The notes beneath the pieces are model-generated. The model searched no databases, was not told where the DNA came from, and saw only the letters and a program-made list of their open reading frames with translations. The position numbers were made by a program, and so were the translations under genes. A DNA stretch of 64,000 nucleotides from Lama glama (Eukaryota), in assembly GCA_028534125.1 (NCBI GenBank), contig CM052818.1, positions 34,660,001-34,724,000 of the forward strand, written 5' to 3'. Below are positions 37,741-52,705 of the stretch, piece after piece; position 1 is the first letter of the stretch; every line of letters starts with the position of its first letter.

Positions 37741-38809
37741 ATTTTTGTCATATGTAAATATAATGGTTTAGTGTTAAAAACTTGTATTATATTGAACTTA
37801 CCAATGAACTCATGGAGAAACGATGCTGGGACTCTCAAATAATCTTTTAAGAGGTTAGCACTTGCTCCCTTGCCCAGTCTGTCCCTGAACTGCAGGATGA
37901 TTCTGATTGCCAGTAACTTTCATAGACCTAAACAACATTCACATAAATGGTTGCAACTGAGACCTCTGCTTCTTCAAATCACTAGCACACATGTCACTTA
38001 ATACACTTTGGTTGTCAAAAATTGAGAGGATTTTTACTATGTTGATTAAATTTTAAAAATCTCTTTATACTTCATTAAACCTGGAAAACAGAAGCATCTC
38101 CAAACAGTGATATATTTACTTCAGTTGGGCAACAGGGGAAAAAAGTATTATTCTAAAGCAGGACCTTCTTTATGTTCCTAACAGCCTCATGGTTGAATAA
38201 AATGGTTAGAAGTTACAAATGAATAATCAAAAGCAAAATTTGTTCCTAAGCCAACAGAGCAACCTTTTACCTCTATGAAAAAATAAGGCAAACAGTTCTC
38301 TAATACTTTTCCCCTTCATTAAGGTTAACCAATATGGTATCTATATATCTAAACATTTACTGTAAGTTTTCAGTGATGTTTAGACCCTGAATTATCTTTC
38401 CATAATTAAGTTAATTTAGGCACATTGGTCTGTATTTTATAGAAAACATTTATCTTTGGGTAACAAGTAAGAATGAGTTATAATTTGCAAATGATACAAA
38501 GATGATTCCAAATCTCAGCTAATCTCTCCCCTACTGCAATTACTCATAATAGAGACCAAACATAATTGCTTAAACTTATCACTGTGAGAGATTCTGGTGA
38601 CTAAGAAATCCCTGAAAGAGCAGTAAGCCATGATTATTGGAAAGCTCAGAACACTGGCAAGGCTTAATTGCAAAGTATTTAACAGAAGGCCACAAATTTC
38701 GTTTTCCTTAAGGACCTAGGAACTACAGATGTCACTGAGTAATGCATTGAAATGGCATTGCCTAGGGTGAGTGTTGCAGAGAAACTCCAGGTCACCTCTT
38801 CTTGATCTA

Positions 38810-38845
38810 TTATTTTGGATAAGCTTCCACTATCATGGCATGGCC
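38810..38845 (-). CDS. HADHB: HADHB exon 16 (last coding exon)
   Basis: GHAMIVEAYPK then TAA TAG; acceptor tttacag. Confidence 0.96.
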   Translation of the reverse strand, partial: GHAMIVEAYPK

Positions 38846-39879
38846 CTGTAAAGGGAAAAAAAAAGTTCAGTGAGAACAATGAAAAGCAGTGAATCTGGCA
38901 GTACAGAGGCAGCAGAGAACAACGGGGACAATGAGGCTTTGGAGTTTACTCCTGGCTCTGCCATTCAAACCCCGTGTGTTCTTGAGAAAGTTATTAGCCA
39001 GTCTGAACCTCAGTTTCCTGCATAAAATGGGGCTCATGGTGCCTACTTCACAGTGTTTTCATGAGCATTAAATTAGATAGCATACGACGTGTGTGCGCAC
39101 ACACACATAATATACGCATCGGAGTCTGGTAGAGTCTGATTCCCAGTAGATACACTGTGAGTGGCTGCAATTAAAATGAGAAGCCATGGGGGCCTTTTTA
39201 GCATACAAAAAGACACGTGATGCAGTGAATGCCAACAAAACTAAGCTTCTAGATGAGAAAACTGAGGCTTTGAAAAGTTAAATTACTCATCCAAATCCAC
39301 AGAGCTAGTAAGCAACAGGGCCAGGATTTGAAACCAGATGATTCCAAAAACCTGGTCTCTTCTTCGCTAGTCTATGCCAGTGAAGACGATCTGAGGGCCC
39401 TCAAAGCTAAAAAGGTAGAAAATCCCTCCCCCGACACTATGCACAGTGCCATGTACTCATTATCTCCCTAGTTTAAACCTAGAATAGAAATTTATGATTC
39501 CGTGAGTCTAAATCCTATCTGATAATCATAGTCATTCTATCTTTTGGACTACCACCAAACTCGTTAACAGCCTAAATAATCTCCCTGCTTCTAGATTCAA
39601 TTCAATCCCCACAAATGTTTATTAAGCAACTATATTTATAAGGCACCAAGCTGAACACTGTACAAAGATTTGCTACATGGTCTCTGTCCTCAATCTAATA
39701 TACACTCTAGTTCAAAACAGACTGTTAAACGCCTCGATAGAGGCACCAAGCAAACAAAAGAACGGGGATGGGGAGGTATGACTGACCTGCGGTTGTCCTA
39801 GAAGGAACCATGGTAAGGAGAATATTCCTTCACTTGTTTTATTTAAAATGTGTTGTTTTCATGTTCCAAATCTTGTATA

Positions 39880-40118
39880 TCACTCTGAATAACTGGGGGT
39901 GACTCTGCCCCCTACCCTCCCCAATGGACATTTAGCAATGTCTGGAGATATTTTTGGTTGTTCCAACTGTGTGTATATAGTGAGGGACGGGGCGGTTTGG
40001 TACTGGTCTCTAGTGGGTATTGACTATATTAAACATCCTACACCACACAGCACAACCCCCCACAACAAAGAACTATCTGGTCCAAAAACGTTAACAGTGC
40101 CAAAGCTGAGAAACCCTG
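39880..40118. mobile_element. MER20-like hAT DNA-transposon remnant
   Basis: ggacatttagcaatgtctggagatatttttggttg...aacagtgccaaagctgagaaaccctg. Confidence 0.75.
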
Positions 40119-41275
40119 CTCTCGATCCACAATGGTGGATTCCTCCTTGATTTCATCATGTTTGTATCGCTCATTTGGCTCCTGATGAAACAATGCCAAG
40201 TTTAATCTAGTTTCTAAGATGCATCATCTCTCTCCTCACTATCCTGTAAACTTCTAAAAAAATAATAATAATACTGGGTATTATTCTTTGTTCATCCACA
40301 AAAGCATCTAGTATTAATACTCTTAAGTGCTAGATAAAAAAATTAGGGAACACTCAAAACCAAAGGACACTAACCTACATGGACTATGCACTAGTCACTG
40401 CCCTTGTTTAAGGCTGGCATAGGAAGACAAGCAGGAGGGCTCCAGTCCTAACTGACAGTGGTTTTCTATAAATGAAGTTACACAGATTAGGAAATGCTTT
40501 TGACGGTGAAGTCTAAAATATTCCAACTTAAAAATAACTGACCCCTTGCTTCTTCAAAGTCTCTGAGGAAAAGCCATAAATAAAGGCTTTTAAATGTAAG
40601 ATGTTTATACTTTTACATATCTTATTTATTCATCTTGATTAGTAACAGAAAGTTTCTGTAATCTGGAGAAAAATCAAATCTGTTTCCATCAGGGTTAAAA
40701 AAAAAGGTTACAGCCAGCCTTCCTTTTGGATTTTATTTCCACAGTGACATGCTATAGCAGGTAGGAAGTTGTGTCTGTAACACAAGTAAAGCAGATAGAA
40801 AAAGCCTAAAGAAAAACATAATTTCCTCCAGCTAAATAGCAATAAGTTATCCAGAGGTAAATTAATTCTCCATTAAAGTATAGTTCAGTTCTCAAGAAAG
40901 TATACCTCTTGGAGAGATTTTATAGACAAGGTCTCATGGTGACTAGATAAATGAATAAAATTTTATTATTAAAGGAGAAAATACATCAAAGTGTGAATAA
41001 TGACAGTGTCTGATGAGGGGATTACAGAAGATTCTAATTTTTTTCTACATACTTATTTTGTATTTTCTGTGATTTCCATAATGAGTGTGTATTACTTTTA
41101 TGAACAAAAAATGTAAACAATATTTTAGGGAAAAGAAAAGCTTGGATTTAAATAAAATCTTCCCTCCAAAGTACTATCAGAATTAAAATTGTACCCTATT
41201 CCCCCCAAAATGGGCTGTTTTCTTTTTCCTGGTTCTCTGCCATCAGAAAAATTGCTCTAAGAATGTTTCAAACTA

Positions 41276-41560
<285 letters not shown>

Positions 41561-41778
41561 TTACCTAAGAAAACATCAGAGTGGTGAACAACAGACAATC
41601 TAAAATTTTGCTTTTATTTTATCTCAAGAATTTCTAGGAACTATTTTCCAACTAAGAAACAGATACATGTAATGAAAGACGTAATTTTTCATAAGAAAAA
41701 GCTTTCCTCTTCATATTTTTATTAGAAGGTAACAAAGCTCCAAATGTTAAAGTGCTTTTGAAATTCAAGCATATTTTT

Positions 41779-41928
41779 TTAACTTTATTTTTTGGGGAGG
41801 AAGTCATTAGGTCTATTTATTTATTATTAGTTCTTTTTTTTTTTTTAATGGAGGTACTGGGGGATTGAACTCAGGACCTCCTGCATGCTAAGCATGTGCT
41901 CTACCATTTGAGCTATATCCTCCTTCCC
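41779..41928 (-). mobile_element. tRNA-derived SINE (camelid Vic-1-like) in HADHB intron 14
   Basis: TSD CAAGCATATTTTT at 41766-41778 and 41929-41941; A and B boxes on the minus strand. Confidence 0.9.
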
Positions 41929-41955
41929 CAAGCATATTTTTAATCAGAAACTTAC

Positions 41956-42030
41956 CTTGGCTTTTCTATTCATGTAGTTTTGTGCAAACCAGTCAGAATC
42001 CATGGCTTTTAAATTAGCCAAAATCTGACC
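41956..42030 (-). CDS. HADHB: HADHB exon 14
   Basis: GQILANFKAMDSDWFAQNYMNRKAK; 75 nt, AG/GT flanks. Confidence 0.95.
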
Positions 42031-42406
42031 CTAGAAGTGATAATAACTCAGTAAGAACCCTGTTGGTAACATCCTTTGAGGATTTCTTTTACACATGAGA
42101 TTGTCTAACTCTAAAGTTGAGCAAATTTTTAACTCAGTCTTCATTGAAAATCTCTTAAAGAAAAAAATCTGGTACTTTTGAAGGGCCTCTAAGAGATAGC
42201 CTCAAAAGGTGCACTTTTCAACTCTGTATGTGTGGCCCTGGATTCCTCCCCTCATGCCCCTCCCAGCAGCATATATCAGTACTTCAAATATTAAGCTCCA
42301 CTCCAGTTTTACTCATATTATAAACGATGCCTTGCTCTCTCCCACAAACACAGACTACAATTTTTATGATTATAGTCCCTTGCTATGTGTCTTTAAAGTG
42401 ACTTAC

Positions 42407-42494
42407 TGAGAAAGCTTCATGAAATTCAAAAGCATCAATATCATTCAATGTTAATCCTGCCTTTTCTAGAACTTTTGGAGTAGCATATGTTGGT
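42407..42494 (-). CDS. HADHB: HADHB exon 13
   Basis: [29 protein letters not shown]; 88 nt. Confidence 0.95.
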
Positions 42495-43185
42495 CTGAAA
42501 AGAAAAAAATTGATGACATGTTAAAATGCTAATTTTTAACGTAAGAGCTCCTTCACAGTCTCCAAACTGAGTTTTATATAATTATTAGAATGTCCTCCAC
42601 TCATTCACTGATTCTACTGTAGAAATATAAAGTGCCAGTGATACAACAGTGAACTGAACAGACATGGCCTCTGACTTTGCAGGTGATATGCTAGATTCAG
42701 AGAAACAGAATATAAGCAAGTCAACAATGAAAGAGAAGGACAAACTAATAATGTGAAGAGTTAGAAGAACACAGACTTCGAAGGGCACAGCATAAGCATG
42801 GGCATGGCAAGTTAAGGGACATAATGGAGGCCAGTTAGGGTGAGCCTTGTGAGGGAGGGGGAGTAGTCCAAACATTAGGAGCTTTTTATAAAAAGCTGTT
42901 CTGAAGACTGTGTAGCAGAGTGTGTGGCAATATGAAAAAAAATACTTATGACAGCTTAATATAAAGAATACAAAGCTATATACATAAGTAGAAAAGTATA
43001 GTAAAAGTGGAAAAGAATCCAAAACTATAAAATGATAAACCAACACAAAGGATTATTATTATTTAAAAAAAGTCAACACACAAACCAATTATGAACTCCG
43101 GGCTCAACGTACTTTAAAATCTATGTAATAATGTGGGTAACCAAATACTTCTGATTATAATCCAAGGATATGCATTGCTACCTAC

Positions 43186-43233
43186 CCAAGTAAAAGCTGA
43201 TCTTTTGGATCCTGAGACACATACACAAAATCC
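43186..43233 (-). CDS. HADHB: HADHB exon 12
   Basis: DFVYVSQDPKDQLLLG; 48 nt. Confidence 0.95.
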
Positions 43234-43312
43234 CTAGATTAAAAAAAATAGAGGGGTTAGTTTCAGTAATAAAGAAAAGAAACCAGAGGCAATTTATTTG
43301 AACATGACTTTA

Positions 43313-43495
<183 letters not shown>

Positions 43496-45416
43496 CTAAT
43501 ACAACAAAACCTTTCCAATTTCTCCATCATTAAATCATAATTCAAACACACACAGTGACCCATTTTTGGAGGATGAAAGTAGAAGAGCCTGTTCAAAAAG
43601 CACCATAATTATCAAAACGGATGAGGCAGACAGGCAACTCTAGAAATATGCATTGATAATAAACAACCGAAAAGTTTTTTGCTGTTGGTGCAGAATATGA
43701 GGAATTTTGTCAATTAAAATAATCTCAAAAAAATGTCCTATTTACTGATTTACTTTCACATTTTCTGGACTGTTTCTCAGCTGCTTCCTGCCTGTGGTTC
43801 CAAGATGACTTCCTTCTATTGAGACTGTATAACAAGCAGACTGGTGGGAGAAGGAGAAACAGGCAGACAGCTGAGAACATAAGAACCATGGTCTTCTTCT
43901 CTGGACACACCCCATGTGTTTTTTTCCAACTGACAGCTAAGGGGATAAAGAGGTAGTCCTTCACCATTTCATTGCTTCAAAAGAAAGAGATGAAAAAAAA
44001 ATCCAAAATTCCAAAGGAAAGGAACTACTCTCTAGAGTTTGAAAATCAAAACAATTTCACCACATTAGGCTGTATTTTTTATAACTCAGTAACCTTGCAA
44101 AGGCTATGGTGCCACTACCAACAGGGCAGCCATAAAGTCTGGAATCACAGGTGACTTATACATAATAAATGGTTTAAGAGCATCACATTAATAATATATT
44201 CAATGTGCACAAAATTGCAATGAATGTGGTACACTAAGAACATTTCTGAAAATCCACAGATCTATGATGCATCGCCTCTGATGATTTGTGTTGCTGATTT
44301 TCAAGGTATAAACCAGCACACCTCAGAAATAATCGAGGGGGTTCATATCTGTCAAGAATGTAGCCCAGGCCATATGGCCCTATCATCCAATTTGGTTTTG
44401 GAAACCATCATCTAACTGGTCCTTCATCACTCAGGCTTTACAGAGTGGTTTACCACCCAGCTGGAACCACCCCAGGTACCCTTCCCCTAGCTCAGGAGCA
44501 GGCATTAAATTGTCACTTATGAAGGTCAAATATGTCAAACATTTGCCTATCCTTCTAGACTTTATGTCCAGGTAGGGGAGTTATATTGTAAAAGAAATAC
44601 TGACCAGATGAACTACATCCAGAAGACCACACCCAAGGTGGAACAGAAGGGAAACCACATCTTACAAGCCTAATCAATAGGGATGTTTAATTGAAGAGGA
44701 GGAAAAAGGAAAAAAAAAAACCGAGGAAGGATATAAAGCTACTAGAAGATAGTAAAATCACACCCAAAAAATGAGGGTAGAATTATTCCATGATGCTTAT
44801 AGGAAAGTAACCCGGGGGTCAGTAGAAAGCATCATTTTCTAACTATCAGAGCTAGAAGAGGTATTTTGTCACTCTCCTGGCCTACTTTCCAAGTCTTAAC
44901 ACGACTCCCCAAATTTATATCCTATATTCCAACCATGCTTTTCTCCAAAGGAATTCTTGTTCCTATAACTCTGATTTTGCATTTGCTGTTCTCTTTGCCT
45001 AGGATGCCTTTTTACACTTCTTCAATTGGCTTGTACTCTTTCTTTAAGATTCGCTGCTCAACTGTTACTGCCTCTAAGAAGCCTCTCTGACTCACCCATG
45101 TATGTATCTTCTCCAACAGCCTATGCTTACAGCCATCACAGAACTTTCTCACTATATTACAATCAACTGCTCTCTTTATCTCCAGTGCCAAGCATAGGCA
45201 GCCAGTTTTCTGACTGGTGAAGTGCCTGAAGAGAACAGCTTTTTGTATCAGAACAGTGGCTGGAACAGGTGACTTCAATGGCTTTAAAAACCATGACTTT
45301 ATTTCAATATTATCTTTGTAATGAGTAACTATATTTTTAAACTTCTATTCATAATACACACAAATGCGTCTATCTTGGGCTTTTCTATTGAGAGTACACA
45401 AATATAACAGTCACTA

Positions 45417-45584
<168 letters not shown>

Positions 45585-45980
45585 TTAACTCTAAGGAACC
45601 ACAAGCATTATATATATTCTCTAGAGAAATATGCTTGAAAAATTAGATGAACAAATAAAACATAAATCTTACCTAGTCACTAAAAAGAAAGCCGTTTACA
45701 GTTGTCAAGATATCAAATTTTGACTAAACTCTTAGAGGACATTGGGAAATAATCTAAATGATTTAATGAAAAAAAAAAGGACATCCTATTTTCTTAAGCT
45801 ACTCATTCACATTTGGCTATTCTATCTAGAAGACGTATGAATGAAAATTGGCATGCATATAAAGAACTAAAATATATCAGGGATATCTAAAAGGAGACTT
45901 TGAAAAAGTTTTCTTTTAAAATGTTTACCTGTTGTTACAACATAAATTGAAACTTAAGTCCATGTTTAAGAATAAAGGCT

Positions 45981-47263
45981 CAACAACAATCACATGAAAA
46001 GATGCTCAACATCACTAATTGTTAGAGAAATGCAAATCAAAACTACAATGAAATATCACCTCACACCAGTCAGAGCGACCATCATTAAAAAGGCTACAAA
46101 CGATAAATGCTGGAGACAGCGTGGAAAAAAACGAACCCTCTCTACATTATTGGTGGGAATGCGGTTTTGTGTAGCCACTATTGAGGACAGTACGGAGGTT
46201 CCTTAAAAAACTAAAAATAGACTTACCATATGATCCAGCAATCCCACTCCAGGGCATATACCCAGAGAAAAATATACTTCAAAAAGACACCTGCACCTCA
46301 ATGTTCATAGCAGCACTATTTACAATAGCCAAGACATGGAAACAAACCAAATGTCCATCAACAGATGACTAGATAAAGATGTAGTACATATATAAAATGG
46401 AATACTACTCAGCCATAAAAAGAATAAAAGAATGCCATTTGCAGCAACATGGATGGAGACAGTTATTCTAAGTGAAGTGGGCCAGAAAGAGAAAGAAAAA
46501 TGCCATATGATATCATTTACATGTGGAATCTAAAAAAAAAAAAGGACACAAATGAACTAATTATTATTTATAACTTAGATGATTGATTTCTTGAATATGT
46601 TTAGCACATATGACTGTCCTTTATGATTGGATTACTACATTCTGTTGATTCTTATTTTGTGGTTGGCTTCATATTCCTCTGATAACTATGTAAGTTTAAA
46701 AAGCTAAAGCTCTAATCTGTTCTTAGAAACAATGATCAGTACATACATGTAAACTAAAAAACATGTGTGCAGTATAATGTATATATGTATTTACATACAA
46801 TATAATATATATATGCAAACTGTAATAACTCTACCTAATAAAACTGAAAAAGAAAAAAAGTAAATGCTGAGTTCTCATCACAAGGAAAAACTTTTTATTT
46901 CTTTCATTTTGTATCTATGTGAGATGATGGATGTTCACTGAACTTATTCCGATATTTATTTCATGTTGTATGTAAGTCAAATCATTGTTTTAAACCTGAA
47001 ACAGTACTGTGTGTCAATTATATCTCAATAAAATTGGAAGAAAAAAAGAGTAGAGTATGGAAATAGATAAATAAGGTCCTACTATATAGCACAGGAAACT
47101 ATATTCAATAACTTGTAATAACCTATAATGAAAAACAATTTTATATATATGTTTGTTTAACTGAATCACTATGCTCTACATCAGAAACTAACACAACATT
47201 GTAAACCAACTATGCTTCAATTAAAAAAAAAAAGAATAAATGAGACCAAAAAAAAAAAAAAAA
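45981..47263 (+). mobile_element. 5'-truncated L1 with TSD and poly(A), chimeric interior, in HADHB intron 9
   Basis: ORF2 C-terminus ([18 protein letters not shown]...; LPYDPAIPL); TSD AAGAATAAAGGCT at 45968-45980 and 47264-47276. Confidence 0.9.
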
Positions 47264-47412
47264 AAGAATAAAGGCTGAGTATTCTGAAAACAGAACTAAC
47301 ATATCTACCAAGAAGTCATTTGGGGCTTTTTTAGAGTTTTAGGAGTAATTTGGATCTTCCTAACAAGTATCATGAAGCATTCTCCTTTACAAAGTGGAGC
47401 AAACTGTTTTAC

Positions 47413-47593
47413 CTGGTACTTTGAACGGCACAATATCAGAAAGGAGTCCTTCCTCTTGTGCCTTCTTGGCCAGGCGGTGTGAGCGCAGCGCGTACTCATC
47501 CTGTTCCAGTCGAGAAACAGCAAAGGCAGCAGCCAGTCGGTCTGCAGAGTGGCCCATGGTCTCACTGGTGGAAAACTCAGCCACTGCAGGGAG
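47413..47593 (-). CDS. HADHB: HADHB exon 9
   Basis: [39 protein letters not shown]...FKVP; 181 nt. Confidence 0.97.
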
Positions 47594-47901
47594 CTGAGAA
47601 AGGAGACACACAGGACCAGGTACACTGGTAACAGGTGCTATACCACACCTAGGGTTACTTGGGAACACTAAAATCTACTAATTAAGAGCAAGACAAAGGA
47701 AGCTCTTTGAGAGCACAGCATCTCTAAAAAGGGCTTACGTCTTTTTTTTTCATCTTTACCAAATAATTAACCTTCCCTTGTAACTAACAGAATCTGCAAC
47801 TATAAGAGTATAACTGAACCCGTGCTGTCTTACCCAACTCTAAATTTTTGCAGACAGATCCTGTGGGATCAAGTCTTTATGTCAGAGCTCCCAAGTCTTA
47901 C

Positions 47902-48089
47902 CTCAGGTGACAAGAAATTCAATCTGAATTTAGAGATTAAAGATAGCCGCTGTCCAAGGGTCTTGGCCTTATTAAGATCAAGCATCATTTTCCTCATTTT
48001 CCTTGAATGACGAATAGGGACATCGGACATTAACTCTATACCACCTGCCACGACCACATCACACTGGCCAGAAGCAATCAAGCCGACAC
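47902..48089 (-). CDS. HADHB: HADHB exon 8
   Basis: (G)[30 protein letters not shown]...FLSPE; 188 nt. Confidence 0.97.
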
Positions 48090-49201
48090 CTACAGGGCAC
48101 AGTTCATACAGATATGAGCATCTTTGAAAGAAATTAGCAGGACGTTGATAATTTAAGCTTCTTGATTAAAAAATTGTACAACAGTTATCAGCATTATACA
48201 ACAATTGTAATTAAGAGTTTTTATCTTTCCAGAGGGATTAAGATAATATTTTAAAATGATTAGAAATACATTCACTGCACTAGAGAAAAACAAGTTTCAT
48301 TTAGGTCATATGGTCATCAACTTTCAGAAGTATCCATTGGACCAATTCTCAAACAAATCATACTCTAAACCAGAACTTTTGGCATATTTTATATGTTCCC
48401 AGCTTAAGTTTCGGTAAAGACTTTTTTCCTATAAAGAGAATTTCAATTTCCACTACAAGGTAGAGAAATTCTGGCTTTCAGATGTAAGGCAGCCCCCCAG
48501 CCCGCCCCCTTTATGGCTCCTGGCAAGTATTTTGTTGCTCTAACAGGAAGTGGTCACAGGCTGCGTGGAGTGGAGAATGCCCCTTATCACTGCCTCTGGC
48601 TTCATTCCCTGCCACCCGGGAGGTGGACTTGTCAACCTGGTCTTGATGTTACTAAGAGAGCACGTGATTACTGTGTTTCAGGTTTCCCGTCTTTTCACAA
48701 TTAAGGCTGATGCTACAAAATGTCCCACAGTTTTGCTAAGTTAGGAGAATATGTAACTAATTATAAAAATGTCAAGATGTAGGGAGAAAGTAGAGGAGAG
48801 CTGTACCATCAAAAGCAGTGATTTGTCACCATGGTGATGGTGGAGGGAAGAAGGCCACAACCTTTATGGGGAAGTACATATCAGAATCACCCAACTTTAA
48901 AACCTAGCAGGTTATAAACTCTTCATGCCTCAAATTCAGAAGCACCCTTCTAGAGACATACCCCTTCACTTAATCCCTGATGTAGCCAGCCACACTACTG
49001 GTGGAGAAACTACATGAATGGTTGTGTCCCTCATGTATGGAGAGCAAGAAAAGGTAAGAACTACTATCAAAAACAAAAAAATTTAAATGTTACCTTACTT
49101 TTAAAGACACATAAATTCAGAGATCATTTCTTTCTAGTAAGAGGGGTTTTTAATGCTCATAGAAAAGACAAAGGAGAACTAACACGTACTTTCTGCTTTC
49201 A

Positions 49202-49345
<144 letters not shown>

Positions 49346-52300
49346 CTACATGTAAATGATGCTTTAAGCACTACTTCACTGTGTGGTAAATCAGGGAAGG
49401 ATTTGAGTTTAATATTCCACAGAGAAATATTTAAAATAAAATGAAGGCCATCACAGAAATGGTCTAATTTTTCATTTAGCCAGTAATTCATAAACACACT
49501 GCCAAATTCCTTGTAGCTGTTTTCTCGGAGAGTTTACAAGCCTAGGTCCTCTTGTATCTCACCTCATGTCTTTCTTAGCAATGCTTTTCTCAGAGCCTTT
49601 AAGGATATCAGCATGCAATTTGATTTTAACTTGTTTAAATTTTCAAATAAACCTAAAGTAAACCTATTAAATATGGTTGACAGAACGATGAAATGTATCA
49701 TGGGGAGGGGTCCTCGTGACCAGTGTTCCTGCAGTTATGAGGCTTAGTAGTAAAGCAAAAGTCATCAAACATGAAAATAGTTTCTAAAAATTGACCTCTC
49801 GTCAACAGCTCCCCACCCAGGTCCCTGCCCACTCTGCAATCTCCACATTCACTGGCTGCCTGACAGCATAGACAGCACACTGGAGACCCAACGCAAAGTC
49901 GAACTGGAAAACGTGCCAAGTATGCAGGAGTTGACATCGATGAGAGAAATTTTGGAAAACTGCTTGAGCCACAAGTGAGCCTCTGACAAGTAAGAGTTAG
50001 ACCAGCTAACAACTGGAAAAGAGAAAACTGGTCAGGGTGATGACATAATCTGTGCTTCAAAAGAGAATAATTTGAGGGGCCTTGTGAAGAACTGAGGCTC
50101 TCCATTAATCTGGCAAAAATGGTCTCTGTTATGACGGCACAGTAAAAGTCAAAAATGAAACGGGAACATCTATTACTTTATTAGACTATTTATTGAGGAA
50201 AATCTGCTGCCAAAAAACCAATGAGTGCCTGATTCCATTTTTGTTTATGTAAAGAATCAATGTATAGGTGCAGCAATAAAATTTATTTCTGTAATATTAA
50301 ATTTTAAAAACAAAGCTCTCAACACCCCATCTCATCACCACCACATTTACTATGAAATTCTGGTTCCCATTACAGGAATTCATGTTTACTGGCCTTTTTC
50401 TGAACTATTTAACTATCCTCAGAATACAAGATCTATTTCCTATAATTTGGTAAGATAACCATGTTTCCAAAGTCAAGGTTAAAAATGGTTCAATGTTTCT
50501 TAACTGATTTTTGCCTTTATACTTATACTACCTGTACTATTTACCATATTCACCATTATTTACCATAATCCAAAGAGGCAGTAATGTGTTACAGTGGTGT
50601 ACGTGCAACATGATCCTTATCCTGGTCTTTCTAAGTAGGCCTGATACTAAGTGCTGAACACTTCATTGTAAATACTCCCTGGCAACTGCATGTCAGCCTC
50701 TCAATGTGAACCAGACCAAAAGGAAGAGAGAGGCCAGCCTCTAGGTGACAGGGAAGGAGGGCACTCAGGTTACACTGGCCTAATCCTCATGAGGTCCTTC
50801 CTGGCATGTGTCCTTTGGTCCCAGTTGACTCTCAGGACTGAGGGATCTTTAAATAGAAGTAGTTGCTGGTGAACTCAAGGCAAGCTTAGGTCTAGACAGC
50901 ACAATGAGAGGAAAGGAGGAAGATGCCTCTTAGTTAAAGCTGGAGAACAGGCAGATATGCTGAGGCTTTTCGCAAGAGCCAGGTTCAAGGGAACTCAGCA
51001 CCAGAAGCCTTTCAGGATTTCATTATCACATTATTAATACAGAAAACAGGCTCTTAAAAAAATTCTCTAGCTGGTAGCTTTTAGGTTACAAAACAACTTT
51101 AGAGAGACATTCTTGAAACCTATTCCTGCAACTTAGCCTTTAGTATCAGTACAGGGCAGGGAGAGGGAATCCACTGCATGTCAACCAATAGCTGACATTT
51201 GCATATGCATAAAAAATTTCCAGAAAAAAATTTAGAGAAAAAACCCATTATGGCTTTAATGCTGGGATAGAATAGAAATATAAAGAAAACCAAAACAGAT
51301 TTAATATTTACTTTTTAAGTGCTTTTATGAGTCATTTTGTTTTTTTCAGAATATAAAAGCTGAAAATATACTATGAATAGCTTGATATACTCACAAAATT
51401 GTCCTATTTGATACATTTAGAAGTGTGAAGGTCCAAGGAAAAACAAAAAAACAGGAAGGGAAAAAAAAAACCTTTCCCTGCTCTTAATTCTTTCCTGCCT
51501 CCCTGACAATATACAGTAGTTGATTTTTGTGGCCTTTGGTAACACCAGACCTCCAGCATTAACATTTACTGGCAAGTAAAAAGGTGGGGTGAAACAAGTC
51601 CTTTCAGTCCTGTTCATCTTCCCTTCTCTTGGCTGACAGTGAAGAAAGTTGCTGCCCTTTCAACTATCCTGAAAACAGTAACATGGCTAGCACAAACCAG
51701 AAACAGAGAAAATGCTTAGCACACTGAAATGTGCTTTGTTGCCAACTTTATCCAAATAGTCACTTTCAAATTGAAACAAAGCCCAGAAAATGTGTTTGGA
51801 CTATTCATTATGAAATTCCTGTAGGACATGCCACAGGAGCTCCAAGGCCTGTCATTATCTCGGTTGCTCAATAAACACTACATGGGGCTTTGCCAACTAG
51901 GGTAAAAGTAAACTCCTTAAGTTTTTAATAAAAACTGACCTATGTGTCATCTAGTCAATGAGAACAAATGAACAAGCTAACTCCAATAAAAACTATGTTA
52001 TGAAATAAGTTCTCTGTAAAATGTTGAAATTTTAAGTTAATTAGAAGCCACACTAACATTACTAAAAGTTACATCAGCCCTACTTTACCATAATCTTTAT
52101 TTTCCTAAGAGAGAAACAAATTAATATATACCAAAATAAGTCAAATAATTGATTTGATTTATAGTATAGTATAAATATATACTAGTATAGCATGTCATCT
52201 GATTTATACTATAGTTCTTTTAAATATGAAATAATTCAAGTAGTAAAATCACATTTAAGTCAAACGTAACTATTTAAGTAACTTTTAGAGTAAACTGTAT

Positions 52301-52365
52301 TAATTAAAATTCAGATTGATTCTCCTAGCAATCTCTTTAAACAACATAAAGTTGGTTTTACTCAC

Positions 52366-52465
52366 CTCCCTAGCCACATTGCTGGTTTTCACTTCCTGTA
52401 TGACTGTGCCAACGATGATATAATCAACAACATCCTTTGGGACACTGGTCTGATGCAACAAACCC
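52366..52465 (-). CDS. HADHB: HADHB exon 6
   Basis: [33 protein letters not shown]; 100 nt. Confidence 0.96.
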
Positions 52466-52705
52466 CTGTGAGCAGAAGTCCAAAGCAAAGACTCATTCCA
52501 CACATTCAAGATAGGATCACAGATCATCCCATAAAACACCACAGTTCTTTAAAAAGGCTAACCTTGAATTTAAAACGGTATCTTTTCCTCAATCTGGCAA
52601 GCATGTGGCACTTTATCAATGAAATGAAAAACTGATTTAGAAAGTCAATGTCTGATGCTTAACTGGCAATGAGAAGTTAAAATAGGAAGAATCAAAAATA
52701 ATTTG

